From the NCBI GenBank assembly GCA_036833965.1, contig DAITOW010000001.1, forward strand, positions 1 through 61,783: a stretch of DNA of 61,783 nt, given 5' to 3'. Within the stretch, counting starts at the first letter, position 1. Each line of letters starts with the position of its first letter. The DNA is from Oleiphilaceae bacterium. GTDB taxonomy: Bacteria > Pseudomonadota > Gammaproteobacteria > Pseudomonadales > Oleiphilaceae. Under the pieces are notes generated by a model. It was not told the origin of the DNA and searched no databases. It saw only the letters and a program-made list of their open reading frames with translations. Shown here in pieces: positions 46,704 to 57,240 of this stretch. The translations under genes and the position numbers were made by a program.

Positions 46704-47978
46704 GCCTGACATTACCTTTTTCGCGGCGGCGATCGTCGCATCAATCACTTCATCGGAATGCGTGCTTGATACAAAGCCTGCTTCAAATGCCGATGGCGCC
46801 AGGTAAACACCTTCTTCCAACATGCCATGATAAAAGTGCTGGAACTTCTCCATGTCGCATTTAACCACTTGCTCGTAAAAATCGATTTGTGGTTCGGAGG
46901 TGAAAAAGAAACCGAACATGGAACCTGCCTGGTTGAAGCTCATGGCGGTGTTGGTTTCTTTGGCTGCGGCACGCAAACCCTCTACCAGGCGCGTTGTTTG
47001 AGCGATAAGTCGATCATAAAAGCCTTCTTCGCTGATATCCGTCAGCATGGTCAGTCCTGCGGCCATTGCCAGCGGATTTCCGGAAAGCGTGCCGGCCTGA
47101 TACACCGGGCCGATGGGTGCTATATAGTCCATGATGTCTGCTCGACCACCAAAGGCTCCTACAGGTAAACCGCCACCAATGACTTTCCCGAGAGTCGTCA
47201 GATCCGGTTTTATCTTAAAGTGGCCTTGCGCGCCACTCAGGGAAACACGAAATCCGGTCATCACCTCATCGAAGATCAAAACCGTTTTGTACTCATCGCA
47301 AACAGCCCGAAGGCCTTCCAGAAAACCTTCTACAGGCGGAATACAATTCATGTTACCTGCGACAGGCTCCACGATAATCGCTGCAACCTGATCACCGATT
47401 TCCGCGAATGCCTGCTTAACTGAATCTAAATCGTTATAACGCAGTGTAATGGTGTGCTCGGCCAGACTGGCTGGAACGCCGGGAGAGTTTGGAACCCCCA
47501 AAGTTAGTGCGCCGGAACCGGCCTTCACTAAGAGCGAATCCGAGTGACCGTGGTAGCAGCCTTCAAATTTGACGATCTTGTCTCGACCGGTGAAGCCTCG
47601 TGCCAAGCGAATCGCACTCATCGTCGCTTCTGTGCCTGAATTCACCATGCGCACTTTTTCGATCGAAGGGATCAGTGAACACACCTTTTTAGCCATGGTG
47701 GTTTCAAGCTCGGTTGGCGCACCATAGCTCAAACCTTTCGTGAGTTGTTTCTGCACCGCTTCGATGACACCTTTATTGGCATGGCCGGTGATCATCGGGC
47801 CCCAAGAGCCAACATAATCGATGTAGCGCTTGCCATCGGCATCAAACAGATAGGGGCCCTCTCCTTTTTCAAAAAACAGGGGGCTTCCGCCAACGCCTTT
47901 AAATGCGCGCACCGGAGAGTTTACTCCGCCAGGAATGACGGACTGCGCGTCCAGGAAAAGGTCTTCAGAACGAGACAT
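46698..47978 (-). CDS. hemL: Glutamate-1-semialdehyde 2,1-aminomutase
   Basis: [31 protein letters not shown] lysine region TLGKVIGGG. Confidence 0.93.
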   Translation of the reverse strand: MSRSEDLFLDAQSVIPGGVNSPVRAFKGVGGSPLFFEKGEGPYLFDADGKRYIDYVGSWGPMITGHANKGVIEAVQKQLTKGLSYGAPTELETTMAKKVCSLIPSIEKVRMVNSGTEATMSAIRLARGFTGRDKIVKFEGCYHGHSDSLLVKAGSGALTLGVPNSPGVPASLAEHTITLRYNDLDSVKQAFAEIGDQVAAIIVEPVAGNMNCIPPVEGFLEGLRAVCDEYKTVLIFDEVMTGFRVSLSGAQGHFKIKPDLTTLGKVIGGGLPVGAFGGRADIMDYIAPIGPVYQAGTLSGNPLAMAAGLTMLTDISEEGFYDRLIAQTTRLVEGLRAAAKETNTAMSFNQAGSMFGFFFTSEPQIDFYEQVVKCDMEKFQHFYHGMLEEGVYLAPSAFEAGFVSSTHSDEVIDATIAAAKKVMSGL

Positions 47979-47992
47979 GTCTTACTCCAAAA

Positions 47993-48616
47993 TCAGAAAA
48001 ATGAGGCAAACGCTTGAGCGCTTGCGCGAATAGATGGTTGTCCAAAAACGCCGGAGATAACGGCCATCATGCTAACTCCCTGCTTGAGTACTTCGGGCGC
48101 ATTTGAGGTGTTAATTCCACCGATTGCACAAACGGGTACGGGCAGTTTACTCGCCTCTTTCAAAGTGGCAAGAGCACAGGGCCTAGCCTGCGGTTTTGTA
48201 GGCGATGGAAACACTGCACCAAAGGCACAATAGTCGGCTCCCTGTTCAATTGCGCGATTAGCCAGCGGAATTGAATCATGGCAGGTGACGCCAAGTATAC
48301 GAGAACCGAGTTGGCTGCGTAGTTCGGAGAGATCTCCATCACTTTGTCCTACGTGCAGACCATCGGCATCACACGACAAACAGAGTTCGAGGGAATCATT
48401 GATAATTAATGTTGCTTCGTATTCCCGAGTGAGTGCCCGCAAAGCCTCTGCTTCAGCCAGTTGTTGGGCCAAAGAGGCAGTTTTGTTCCGGTATTGAACG
48501 AGTTTGGCGCCGCCTATCAAAGCTTCTCTCACAGCGTTAACCACTGCGGAGGTGCCTGCTGGTATCAGAGCCGGATCGGTAATGACGTACAACCCGCTCA
48601 GGGTGTTATTTTTCAT
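47993..48616 (-). CDS. thiE: Thiamine-phosphate synthase
   Basis: 207 aa with LYVITD, VQYRNK, GLHVGQSD and IGGI motifs. Confidence 0.88.
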   Translation of the reverse strand: MKNNTLSGLYVITDPALIPAGTSAVVNAVREALIGGAKLVQYRNKTASLAQQLAEAEALRALTREYEATLIINDSLELCLSCDADGLHVGQSDGDLSELRSQLGSRILGVTCHDSIPLANRAIEQGADYCAFGAVFPSPTKPQARPCALATLKEASKLPVPVCAIGGINTSNAPEVLKQGVSMMAVISGVFGQPSIRASAQAFASFF

Positions 48617-49038
48617 AGAGCAGGTTTGACTACAACGAGTATGACGACGGCAAACAGGATCAGTACCGGGAATTCATTAAACCAGCGATAGTACACATGC
48701 CCTTTGCTGTCGCTGTCCGTTGCAAAGCGTTTGAGTATTCGGCCGCAATATCCGTGGTAGGCAGCGAGGATTAGAACCAGAGTTAGTTTGATGTGGAACC
48801 AGATACTTTCGGCATAGTATTCGGGGGAATAACTTACCAGTATGCCGCCAAAGATAAAGGTAGCGATCATGCTTGGTGTGCCGATTCCACGATACAATTT
48901 ACGTTCCATGATTTTGAAACGATCGATGCTGGTTTTATCCTCTGCCATCGCGTGATAAACGAATAGGCGAGGGAGATAAAACAGGGCTGCAAACCAACAG
49001 ACCATGGCGATAATATGCAAGGCTTTAAACCAAAGCAT
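48613..49038 (-). CDS. hemJ: Protoporphyrinogen IX oxidase HemJ
   Basis: 141 aa with 4 TM helices. N-terminus MLWFKALHIIAMVCWFAALFYLPRLFVYH is typical of HemJ (UPF0093). Confidence 0.8.
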   Translation of the reverse strand: MLWFKALHIIAMVCWFAALFYLPRLFVYHAMAEDKTSIDRFKIMERKLYRGIGTPSMIATFIFGGILVSYSPEYYAESIWFHIKLTLVLILAAYHGYCGRILKRFATDSDSKGHVYYRWFNEFPVLILFAVVILVVVKPAL

Positions 49039-49040
49039 GT

Positions 49041-50825
49041 CTAGTTCCCCGAGTACTGATAATAACGGTTGATATCATTTTGGGTAACCACACCCAACGT
49101 ACGTTTTAACCCGCCGCTATCGCGTTCAACCAGCAGCGCATCTTTTGCATCCTTGTTTAATCTTTTTAAGGCTTCTTCAAGCGTTGCCTGATAGTAGATA
49201 TGCACAAAATCCTGTCTCTGAGCCGGGATCTCCAGAAGAGCGATGTTCTTCGCTTTTTCTTTTTCCGAATCCTTCTTTTCAACTTTGCTCTCAGCGGGAT
49301 TCTTTTGCTCCATGTAGCGAACCAGATCCACTGCAGGTAACAGGGAAATGGGTTCAGACTTATCGTTATGAATGATAATCCAGTTTGGTCGCTGTCGTAA
49401 TACTTCCTCTGCTTCACTCCAGGATACGTGTTTTTGAGCTCGGGCAAACTTGCGATCCATGATCGCTAACACACTGACGCTTCTGAGAGCCTGGATGGTT
49501 GGGCTACTGTTGTAGTTCAGGCCTTGTGCTTCCAACGCAGTGATGAAAACAGATTTTTGCTTGAACACCGTGTTTGCGAACATGCTGGACACCACGATCA
49601 CGAGCATGCCCGGCAAAATGATATTCGGGTTTTGGGTCAGTTCAAGAATTGCCATCAAGGCCGCCAGTGGTGCTTGTAGCACCGAACCCATCATGGCACC
49701 CATGCCTAACATGGCATAAAAGCCCGTGGAAGATGCAATGTTTGGCATCAACCACTGGGCGATGATTCCAAGTGCTCCGCCTGTCGTCGCACCTATAAAT
49801 AAGGTCGGTCCAATCATGCCGCTCGGCATACCTAGACCCAGAGTCGTTGCAGTCACGAGCAGCTTCGCGAGCATGATACCGAGTAAGAGCCCCAAAGCGA
49901 TTTCGCCGGTGAACGTATGGTTTACCGTGTCATAACCGATTCCCATAATTTCGGGGAAGAAATAAGCACCTGAGGCGGTAATCATTCCGGCAAGCAATAT
50001 ACGAAAGAAAATATTCAACTGTACGGTCTTCATCGTTTTTAACAGCAGGCGAACAAAGATTGCAGAAATACAGCCGATGATCAGACCACACAAAATGATG
50101 TACGGAATTTCGTAAGGTGAGCTCAAATACAGTTGGGGAACGAAAAAGGCCGGTTCAGGGCCATAGATCACCTGCGATGCAAAAGCAGCTGCAACAGACG
50201 CAATAATAATGGGGGTGAAACCAATCAGACTGTACTCCATTAGTACCACTTCCATTGCAAAAATAACCCCGGCAATTGGGGTATTAAATGATGCAGAAAT
50301 GGCGGCTGCGCACCCACAAGCAATCAGGATGCGAATACTATTGTTTGGCAGTTTGAAGTATTGCCCCATAATACTTGCAGAGGCAGAGCCAAGATTTACC
50401 GCAGGACCCTCACGACCTGAGGACTGTCCACTGGCGATAGTTAGAAAACCAGCCAGAAACTGCACGATTAGAGACTTAACGGACATATATCCCTGATGGT
50501 AAGCGAGTCGCTCCATAACATAAGGCACACCGGTCTTTCGGTAAACTACGTCCAGCTTGAACCAAATGATGGCTATTAAGAGTGCGCCACTCAGGGGCAA
50601 GGTCACACGCAGCAAATCAGATAGACCTTCGAAATTTTCCGGATCGCCATTGGGCAGGTAGAGGCTTAAAGCCGATTCTATGCACCAGCGGAACAAAAGA
50701 ATCACCAGAGTAGTAATAATTCCTACAAAAAAACCGAGCAAGGCTAATTGGGGTAGGGCATCGGCAGCGCCAAGGCGTTCGCGAAATCCTTGCTTGTAGG
50801 TATCGAGCTTCGCTCCAAAAGGCAT
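49041..50825 (-). CDS. ClC-family chloride channel/antiporter with C-terminal CBS domains
   Basis: GREGP selectivity motif (SSGREGPAV), a GxFxP-like motif (GVIFAMEV) and many TM helices. The C-terminal ~150 aa are soluble and CBS-like. Confidence 0.8.
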   Translation of the reverse strand: MPFGAKLDTYKQGFRERLGAADALPQLALLGFFVGIITTLVILLFRWCIESALSLYLPNGDPENFEGLSDLLRVTLPLSGALLIAIIWFKLDVVYRKTGVPYVMERLAYHQGYMSVKSLIVQFLAGFLTIASGQSSGREGPAVNLGSASASIMGQYFKLPNNSIRILIACGCAAAISASFNTPIAGVIFAMEVVLMEYSLIGFTPIIIASVAAAFASQVIYGPEPAFFVPQLYLSSPYEIPYIILCGLIIGCISAIFVRLLLKTMKTVQLNIFFRILLAGMITASGAYFFPEIMGIGYDTVNHTFTGEIALGLLLGIMLAKLLVTATTLGLGMPSGMIGPTLFIGATTGGALGIIAQWLMPNIASSTGFYAMLGMGAMMGSVLQAPLAALMAILELTQNPNIILPGMLVIVVSSMFANTVFKQKSVFITALEAQGLNYNSSPTIQALRSVSVLAIMDRKFARAQKHVSWSEAEEVLRQRPNWIIIHNDKSEPISLLPAVDLVRYMEQKNPAESKVEKKDSEKEKAKNIALLEIPAQRQDFVHIYYQATLEEALKRLNKDAKDALLVERDSGGLKRTLGVVTQNDINRYYQYSGN

Positions 50826-50971
50826 AAGATTTGCTGGCCTAGGCTAAGAGATGGTTAGATTATACTCATTCTAACCTGTTCGTTGTTCTACGTTAAAGAA
50901 CGGCATCATTTTTCCGTAGGCGGCATGTTACACTACGGAGACTTTTGTTTTGGAAATTATAGGAGTTTCGA

Positions 50972-52018
50972 GTGATAAAGGCTGGAATTGTTGGGGCAAC
51001 GGGGTACACCGGTTCCGAACTGCTCAGGCTGTTAGCATTGCACCCTGAAGTTGAAGTGCATGCTGTTTGCTCGCGAAGTGATGCAGGGACTGCTGTCAGT
51101 GAAATGTTCCCGAATTTGAGGGGCTTTGTTGATATCCCTTTTTGTGAGCCGTCCGCTGAAAATTTGAATGGCTGTGATGTGATTTTCTTTGCAACGCCCC
51201 ATGGTGTTGCCCAATCCATGATGTCGGACGTTCTTGCAACCGGCGCTCGTGTCATTGATCTTTCTGCAGATTTCCGGATAAAAGACCAGGCTTTGTGGGA
51301 GAAATGGTACCAACAAGCACATAACAGTCCCGATCTGATTTCTGAAGCCGTCTATGGTCTGCCCGAAACAAGTCGCTCCGATATCAAAGCTGCAAAGATC
51401 GTTGCTTGCCCGGGATGTTATCCAACGGCCATCCAGCTAGGTCTGATTCCGCTGCTTGAGCGTAAGCTTGTTTCTCTGGATCATTTGATTGCCGATGCAA
51501 AATCCGGTGTTAGTGGTGCAGGGCGTAAGGCCAGTGTCGGAAGTTTACTAGCAGAGAGTGCAGATAGCTTCAAAGCCTACGGGATTAGTGGTCATCGTCA
51601 TCGACCCGAGATTGAGCAGGGTTTAAGTTGGGCTGCAGGTGAGTCTGTATCTTTGACCTTTGTTCCACATCTTGTCCCGATGATTCGCGGTATCGAGGCG
51701 ACACTTTATGCGCCGTTAAATGATGCGGGTAAAGCGATGAGTCTTGAAGAAATACAGAGCCTGTTTGAACAGCGCTATGCGACTGAGCCATTTGTTGATG
51801 TGATGCCTCCGGGTTCATTGCCCGAGACGCGTAGTGTCAAAGGCTCGAATATTTGTCGGATGGCGATCCATAAACAGGCCGATAGTGACATTCTGATTAT
51901 TAGTTCTGTTATCGATAATTTGGTGAAAGGCGCATCAGGCCAAGCGGTTCAGAACATGAATATCATGTTTGGTTTTGATGAGCGTTGTGGCCTTCAGCTT
52001 GTTCCACTGAGTCCTTAA
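50972..52018 (+). CDS. argC: N-acetyl-gamma-glutamyl-phosphate reductase
   Basis: GTG 50972 lies 6 nt after [22 protein letters not shown], catalytic-Cys region ACPGCYPT. Confidence 0.92.
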   Translation: MIKAGIVGATGYTGSELLRLLALHPEVEVHAVCSRSDAGTAVSEMFPNLRGFVDIPFCEPSAENLNGCDVIFFATPHGVAQSMMSDVLATGARVIDLSADFRIKDQALWEKWYQQAHNSPDLISEAVYGLPETSRSDIKAAKIVACPGCYPTAIQLGLIPLLERKLVSLDHLIADAKSGVSGAGRKASVGSLLAESADSFKAYGISGHRHRPEIEQGLSWAAGESVSLTFVPHLVPMIRGIEATLYAPLNDAGKAMSLEEIQSLFEQRYATEPFVDVMPPGSLPETRSVKGSNICRMAIHKQADSDILIISSVIDNLVKGASGQAVQNMNIMFGFDERCGLQLVPLSP

Positions 52019-52024
52019 TTTTTT

Positions 52025-52783
52025 ATGGCAAAAAACTCCGCGCACGACAAAATGATCCTCGTTCGGCATAAGCCCGGACGCAGGCGCAGATTAATGATTC
52101 AGGTCGCACTGTTGGCTTTGGTCTGTGCCAGCGCAGCGTATTATATTGGCGTTTTTGAGATGCAGATTCGTCATAAAGCGGCGGTTGAAAGCTTGTCCTC
52201 CCTCTCTTCCCAGCACAGGGAGGCGCTTGCTGAAAATGAGCAGTTGAAACAACAAGTGGAAAATCTCAAGCAGAGCGAGGCGATTAACGAACGTGCCAAA
52301 CAGGAGATACAAGCCACAATTGGTGAGTTGCGGGATCGCGTTGCGCAGTTGCAAAAAGACGTCACGTTTTATCAGGGCATTATGGCGCCTTCCAAGAATA
52401 ACAAAGGCTTACAAATTCAATCGATGGAATTTTCGGCATTAGAGCAAAACAGGCGCTATGCTTACAAAATAGTGTTGGCACAAGTCGCGAGCCGCAGAGA
52501 CTATGTTGAAGGCGTGGTTGCCGTCAATTTGGTCGGCAAACAGGACGCCGAAAGTGTGGTAATACCATTACGAGACGTTTCATCAGTGCAAGAACTTGGT
52601 ATGAAGTTTCGTTTTAAATACTTCCAGGAATTTATTGGCAAAATATCGCTACCGGAAGGCTTCGAGCCAGAGCAAATTCAAGTGGTCGCCCAGAGCAAGG
52701 GCAAAAACGCATCACGAATTGAGTTAAATAAAGCATGGTTGGAATTGATTCCAGGCGCGGTTAATACTGCTCAGCCGGAATAG
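52025..52783 (+). CDS. Membrane-anchored coiled-coil protein of unknown function (possibly DUF6776-like)
   Basis: 252 aa: basic N-terminus, one TM helix (IQVALLALVCASAAYYIGVF), a ~70-aa coiled coil, then a beta-rich C-terminal domain. Confidence 0.55.
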   Translation: MAKNSAHDKMILVRHKPGRRRRLMIQVALLALVCASAAYYIGVFEMQIRHKAAVESLSSLSSQHREALAENEQLKQQVENLKQSEAINERAKQEIQATIGELRDRVAQLQKDVTFYQGIMAPSKNNKGLQIQSMEFSALEQNRRYAYKIVLAQVASRRDYVEGVVAVNLVGKQDAESVVIPLRDVSSVQELGMKFRFKYFQEFIGKISLPEGFEPEQIQVVAQSKGKNASRIELNKAWLELIPGAVNTAQPE

Positions 52784-52811
52784 CTGACCAGCGAACGTTA
52801 AGAGGTTTAGT

Positions 52812-53285
52812 ATGTGGGGAAAAAATAAACGAAAGTCCGTATCGAAGGCGCACAGCGCGACCTTTGATACCTTGATCAGCAGCAAAACCTCAATTGAAGG
52901 CGATCTGCAGTTCGCTGGTGGTTTGCATATCGATGGCTACATTAAAGGCACGATACGCTCATCTGAAGATAATGAGGCTGTTGTCCGTATTAGTGACATT
53001 GGTGAGATTGACGGTGATGTTTATGCACCGCACATTATTATCAATGGTACGGTACACGGTGATGTCTACGCATCCAGTCATGTCGAACTTGCTGAAAACG
53101 CTTCAGTTAAAGGTAATGTGTATTATCACCTGATTGAAATGGCGATGGGGGCCGAAGTAAACGGGAATCTGGTGCATCGTAAAGAGACGGAAAGGCAAGA
53201 GAATGACGCCCCAAAGCCGAAGAGCGAGCCGGCAGCGAGTGATGCTGTAGAACTTAAAGCCGTTGGTTCGTCGTCGAAGAATTAG
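52812..53285 (+). CDS. Bactofilin-family polymer-forming cytoskeletal protein
   Basis: Repetitive beta-helix pattern (IEGDLQFAGGLHIDGYIKGTI..IDGDVYAPHIIINGTVHGDVYASSHVELAENASVKGNVYY) with a disordered acidic/Ser tail. Confidence 0.75.
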   Translation: MWGKNKRKSVSKAHSATFDTLISSKTSIEGDLQFAGGLHIDGYIKGTIRSSEDNEAVVRISDIGEIDGDVYAPHIIINGTVHGDVYASSHVELAENASVKGNVYYHLIEMAMGAEVNGNLVHRKETERQENDAPKPKSEPAASDAVELKAVGSSSKN

Positions 53286-53351
53286 GAATACTTGACTAAA
53301 TTTGTCGGATAAGAAGATAATTGCTCGCCTAAAGAGTAGTCAGGAGTTCCG

Positions 53352-53705
53352 ATGAGCGTTGTCCAGTCACACATTCCTTCCCCTTTGATTTTCACCGATG
53401 CGGCGGCGACCAAGGTGAAAAATCTGATCGAAGAGGAAGAAAACCCGGCGTTGAAGCTGAGGGTTTACGTAACGGGCGGCGGTTGTTCCGGTTTCCAGTA
53501 CGGATTCAGCTTTGACGAAGAACTCGCAGACGATGATACCGTGATTGAAAATATGGGCGTCAATCTAGTGGTTGATCCGATGTCTTACCAATACCTGGTG
53601 GGATCGACAGTGGATTATTCAGAAGGATTGAAAGGAGCGCAGTTCACCGTTAATAACCCGAACGCCACCACTACCTGTGGTTGCGGTTCAAGTTTTACGA
53701 TCTGA
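53352..53705 (+). CDS. erpA: Iron-sulfur cluster insertion protein ErpA (A-type carrier)
   Basis: 117 aa with [11 protein letters not shown] and a C-terminal CGCGSSF. Confidence 0.9.
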   Translation: MSVVQSHIPSPLIFTDAAATKVKNLIEEEENPALKLRVYVTGGGCSGFQYGFSFDEELADDDTVIENMGVNLVVDPMSYQYLVGSTVDYSEGLKGAQFTVNNPNATTTCGCGSSFTI

Positions 53706-53714
53706 TTCTACACA

Positions 53715-55817
53715 TTATAAGTCTGCGAGAAGTTTGCTTGTAGCCTCTCGCACTTCTCTTTCCCAGGCCTTTTTCCCTCCGGCCTTAGCGATCACCGAAG
53801 TATCGCCTACCAAAAGATAAGCTATCAGTTTGTGAAGCATCGATTGCTGCGTCGCGTTTGGCTTTGAGCAAGAGTGAAGTACCAATGCTTGTAGCTCAGG
53901 CCAGCAATCCCATGTTGCACTTCCGGATGTCGCAAATCGTGAAAGCTTGCTACGCGCTGCCTCATTGAGATGGTGAGGATCATCTAAATCCTGTTGCTTA
54001 CTTCCTTGAAGGAGAGCGGGCAGGAGTTCTGGCTGAAGATCCTGATAGAAATGGTTAAGACCGCTAAGCAAATGGCGGTGAAAGTAAGGTTGATAGTGAT
54101 CACATAAACCCTTTATGGGTTTGCTCAAAGGTTTGACCAGCATGCTGGAACGCACGCCACTTGAGGCATCTGCTTTGTAGCTGAGGCGCATGCAACGATA
54201 GCCCGCGCGTTGCCAAAATGAAATGAGTCGCTCGTCTGCACCAAAACTAACACTACAAGCATCGAACTCGTTGTCCATCGCATACTTTTCGACCTCATTT
54301 AACAGGAGCGAGCCTAACCCCCTGTTTTGTTGATGGGGATGCACCACAATGCGCATTACACGCAACATTCGATGTTCTAACCATTGTGTGTCGCCATAAA
54401 AAGTAGCCAGCGCCTGCGGCAACAGGCGACCAATCAGCCTGCGCTTGCCGGAGATAATGTCTTCAGCAAGTTTTGTATCGCTTGCCTCGGGCATGTGTTC
54501 ATCAATGCATAACGCTGCTGCGACAATCCCCCCCTGGGCTTGCAGAATGGCAATATGCAGGGCCGGGTTGTCCATTAACATGGCCAAATCGGAAGGGCGT
54601 GTTTGGTAGTGTGCCAGCACCAGCAGCGAAAAAATTTCTTTCAACATGACTTCGTCACAAGCCAGTGTCGCGGGTCGCAACCATTTTAGAATCGGTTCAC
54701 TCACCGGGGAGATTTTTTCCTCTGGGGAAAAAGAAGTCTTGAGGATGAATGCATGGTTAATTGTCTGCTCGAGTGGACAGTGTGGAGCCCATCGCACTGG
54801 AGTATCCAGAGCAATAACTTTCCCTTGCTGATCGCAGCGTTCAAGTATTTGTTGCAGCTTTAAATCAAAGCCGCGGCCGCTGCCTTCATAACCGTGAAGT
54901 GTGCTCGCCATAACGACTCGGGAGAATTGCCTGAGTAGCGCTTCCAACACTGGCAATGGAACGCTAGCTGCTTCATCAATGAGCAATAATGAGCATTCGG
55001 GGTGGTCGTTTAAAATGGCATCACAAGGCATGACCTTAAGACGATTCTCATGCTCTGCGTTTTGCAGGTTTTGTCGGAAATGCCATTCCAGAACCTTAGT
55101 TGAAGCACGTTGATTTGTTGCCAGAACGATGGTGATGGCATTGTTTTGGTTAATCAGCTGCGCCGCCGCGACACCGAGTAATGTAGACTTTCCACGCCCT
55201 CTGTCGGCGCGAATAACGAGTGGACGATGCCGATGTCCCGACACCAGATTTTCTATTTGCTCGATACAGTTTTGCTGTTCCTCATTGAGCTGCAGCGCTT
55301 GTTTCCTTGAGCCCATTTCAGGAGCGGAAAAAGCCTCGGCTTGGCTTTTGGATGGCAGAACCGAGAGCTCCTTGTCGAAGTTGTCTTGGCTAAGTACCAG
55401 GGTAGTTTCGGATTCACGAAGAATCTGGTACCAGCGCCTCTCCGATGCCAGCTTGCGCAATTCATTCCGTGCAAGGGTAATAAGAATACCGCCACCAGCC
55501 AACGCTCCGCTTGTAGCCGCAAGAGCATCGGGTCTAACCTCATTGAGCAGATCCCAAACTAGTAGTTCCGTCTCAAGCCCAAGGCTAGCTTTGAACTTGG
55601 ATGGCAAGACGAGCCTATCGTGATCTGGAAAGATTGCGAGTTGATCATTAGGGCTTAAAATCAGTGCCCGCTGCGATGCTGACCGCTCAAACCAACTTGA
55701 AAGAGCTTCACGCAGGCTTGCATAGGCTGTTGTTAACCACGGCGCATCTCCTTCCAACGCAACAACTGCTCGGATATTCTGATCGCGCGCTTGAAGCAAA
55801 AGAGCCTGTAGATTCAT
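53715..55817 (-). CDS. tmcA: tRNA(Met) cytidine acetyltransferase
   Basis: 700 aa with helicase-like P-loop ADRGRGKST, a GNAT domain (RIVVHPHQQNRGLGSLLL) and a C-terminal tRNA-binding region. Confidence 0.8.
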   Translation of the reverse strand: MNLQALLLQARDQNIRAVVALEGDAPWLTTAYASLREALSSWFERSASQRALILSPNDQLAIFPDHDRLVLPSKFKASLGLETELLVWDLLNEVRPDALAATSGALAGGGILITLARNELRKLASERRWYQILRESETTLVLSQDNFDKELSVLPSKSQAEAFSAPEMGSRKQALQLNEEQQNCIEQIENLVSGHRHRPLVIRADRGRGKSTLLGVAAAQLINQNNAITIVLATNQRASTKVLEWHFRQNLQNAEHENRLKVMPCDAILNDHPECSLLLIDEAASVPLPVLEALLRQFSRVVMASTLHGYEGSGRGFDLKLQQILERCDQQGKVIALDTPVRWAPHCPLEQTINHAFILKTSFSPEEKISPVSEPILKWLRPATLACDEVMLKEIFSLLVLAHYQTRPSDLAMLMDNPALHIAILQAQGGIVAAALCIDEHMPEASDTKLAEDIISGKRRLIGRLLPQALATFYGDTQWLEHRMLRVMRIVVHPHQQNRGLGSLLLNEVEKYAMDNEFDACSVSFGADERLISFWQRAGYRCMRLSYKADASSGVRSSMLVKPLSKPIKGLCDHYQPYFHRHLLSGLNHFYQDLQPELLPALLQGSKQQDLDDPHHLNEAARSKLSRFATSGSATWDCWPELQALVLHSCSKPNATQQSMLHKLIAYLLVGDTSVIAKAGGKKAWEREVREATSKLLADL

Positions 55818-56027
55818 GATCTCGTTCGAAAGTTTTAATTCGTTATAGAACTATAGCGTGAACCGGCAAGGATGTGTTTTCCGTGCTTAATGAATCAAGT
55901 ATTTCAAGATAAATAGTTGCATTGATGGAGGAGGCTTCGGATATGAGCAGCACGAGCGGTTACGTAAGTAGTGAACCGCTCTTTTGAATCCGTTTTGGAT
56001 TAACCACTGCTGATTTGAATGTCTGGA

Positions 56028-56294
56028 CTAGTACAGTGCTGCCTCGTCATCCAGAACTTCGTGAATAATATCCAAAAAGATCTTGTCTGCATCACTGTGC
56101 TCTTCAGGGATACGTACGATGGTATTTGCACTGATTTCTTCAGCAATAACACGTGAGGCATCGGGGTCATCTTTATGCTTACGAGCAATTTCCATGCACT
56201 TTGTTGCAATCGTTGGATCAGATAAGACTTTCCGAATAAAAACGCGTAATTCACTAATCACTTTAGCTTGGCGGCTCTCTTCAGCACCACTCAT
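56028..56294 (-). CDS. Small acidic hypothetical protein (88 aa)
   Basis: ATG 56294 lies 7 nt after AAGGAG; the ORF-track start 56318 has no RBS. Helical and acidic; I recognise no family. Confidence 0.5.
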   Translation of the reverse strand: MSGAEESRQAKVISELRVFIRKVLSDPTIATKCMEIARKHKDDPDASRVIAEEISANTIVRIPEEHSDADKIFLDIIHEVLDDEAALY

Positions 56295-56367
56295 GGCCGT
56301 ACTCCTTTGTTCTTCCATTCTTTATAAGTCTAATAATGCGCCCTGCAAGGCAGTTTACGCAAGTATA

Positions 56368-57237
56368 TTACTCTGGCTTTACGGCTTTCTTTCGTATCAA
56401 TGCTTCCTGACATACCGAGGCAACCAGTTCTCCGTTCCGATTAAAGATATTTCCACGATTGAAGCCGCGTCCGGAGGAAGCACTCGGGCTATCCATATCG
56501 TAGAGAAGCCATTCATCTACCCGAAACGGACGGTGAAACCAGAGCGCATGGTCGATGCTTGCGACTTGCATGCCTTTTTGTGCAAAGCTGACCCCGTGCG
56601 GCAACATGCTGGTGCCGAGTAAACCAAAGTCGGATGCGTAGGTGAGAATACACTGATGCAAATATTGATCATCCGGAAGATCACCGACAGCACGAAACCA
56701 GTTTTGCTTGAAGGGGGCTCTGACCTCAGGATTTGAATAATTTACAGGGTTCACCGGGCGGATTTCTATCGGGCGGTCGCGGGTGAATTGCGCCTGAAGC
56801 TTCTCGGGGATCAAGTGCTTGAAACGTCGTCGCATCTCAAGTTCGGACAACAAGACATCAGGCTGCTTTGTTTCCGGCATTTCCGCCTGATGTTCAAAGC
56901 CTGTTTCCTGCGCCTGAAATGATGCATTGAGAGTGAAGATCTCTTTGCCGTGCTGGCTCGCAATAACGCGCCTTGCAGAGAATGTGCCGCCGTCGCGAAG
57001 ATTCTGCACTTCATACTGAATGGGTAATTGTGGATCGCCAGCTCTGAGGAAATAGCCATGCATTGAATGTGCAATGCGTTCACTGACCGTTTTGTAGGCG
57101 GCCATCATTGCCTGTCCACAAACCTGACCGCCGAAAACATTGGGGAAGCCCAGGTCTTCGCTCACACCCTCAAAGTGATTTTCATCTGTTTGCTGTAGCG
57201 CCAGAACATCAATCAGTTGCTGCAGTGCAGTACTCAT
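56368..57237 (-). CDS. tesB: Acyl-CoA thioesterase II
   Basis: 289 aa double hot-dog. N-terminus L..LI..L.L......F.G.S, FGGQV.GQA, SLDHA.WFH-like (SIDHALWFHRPF). Confidence 0.88.
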   Translation of the reverse strand: MSTALQQLIDVLALQQTDENHFEGVSEDLGFPNVFGGQVCGQAMMAAYKTVSERIAHSMHGYFLRAGDPQLPIQYEVQNLRDGGTFSARRVIASQHGKEIFTLNASFQAQETGFEHQAEMPETKQPDVLLSELEMRRRFKHLIPEKLQAQFTRDRPIEIRPVNPVNYSNPEVRAPFKQNWFRAVGDLPDDQYLHQCILTYASDFGLLGTSMLPHGVSFAQKGMQVASIDHALWFHRPFRVDEWLLYDMDSPSASSGRGFNRGNIFNRNGELVASVCQEALIRKKAVKPE

Positions 57238-57240
57238 AGC

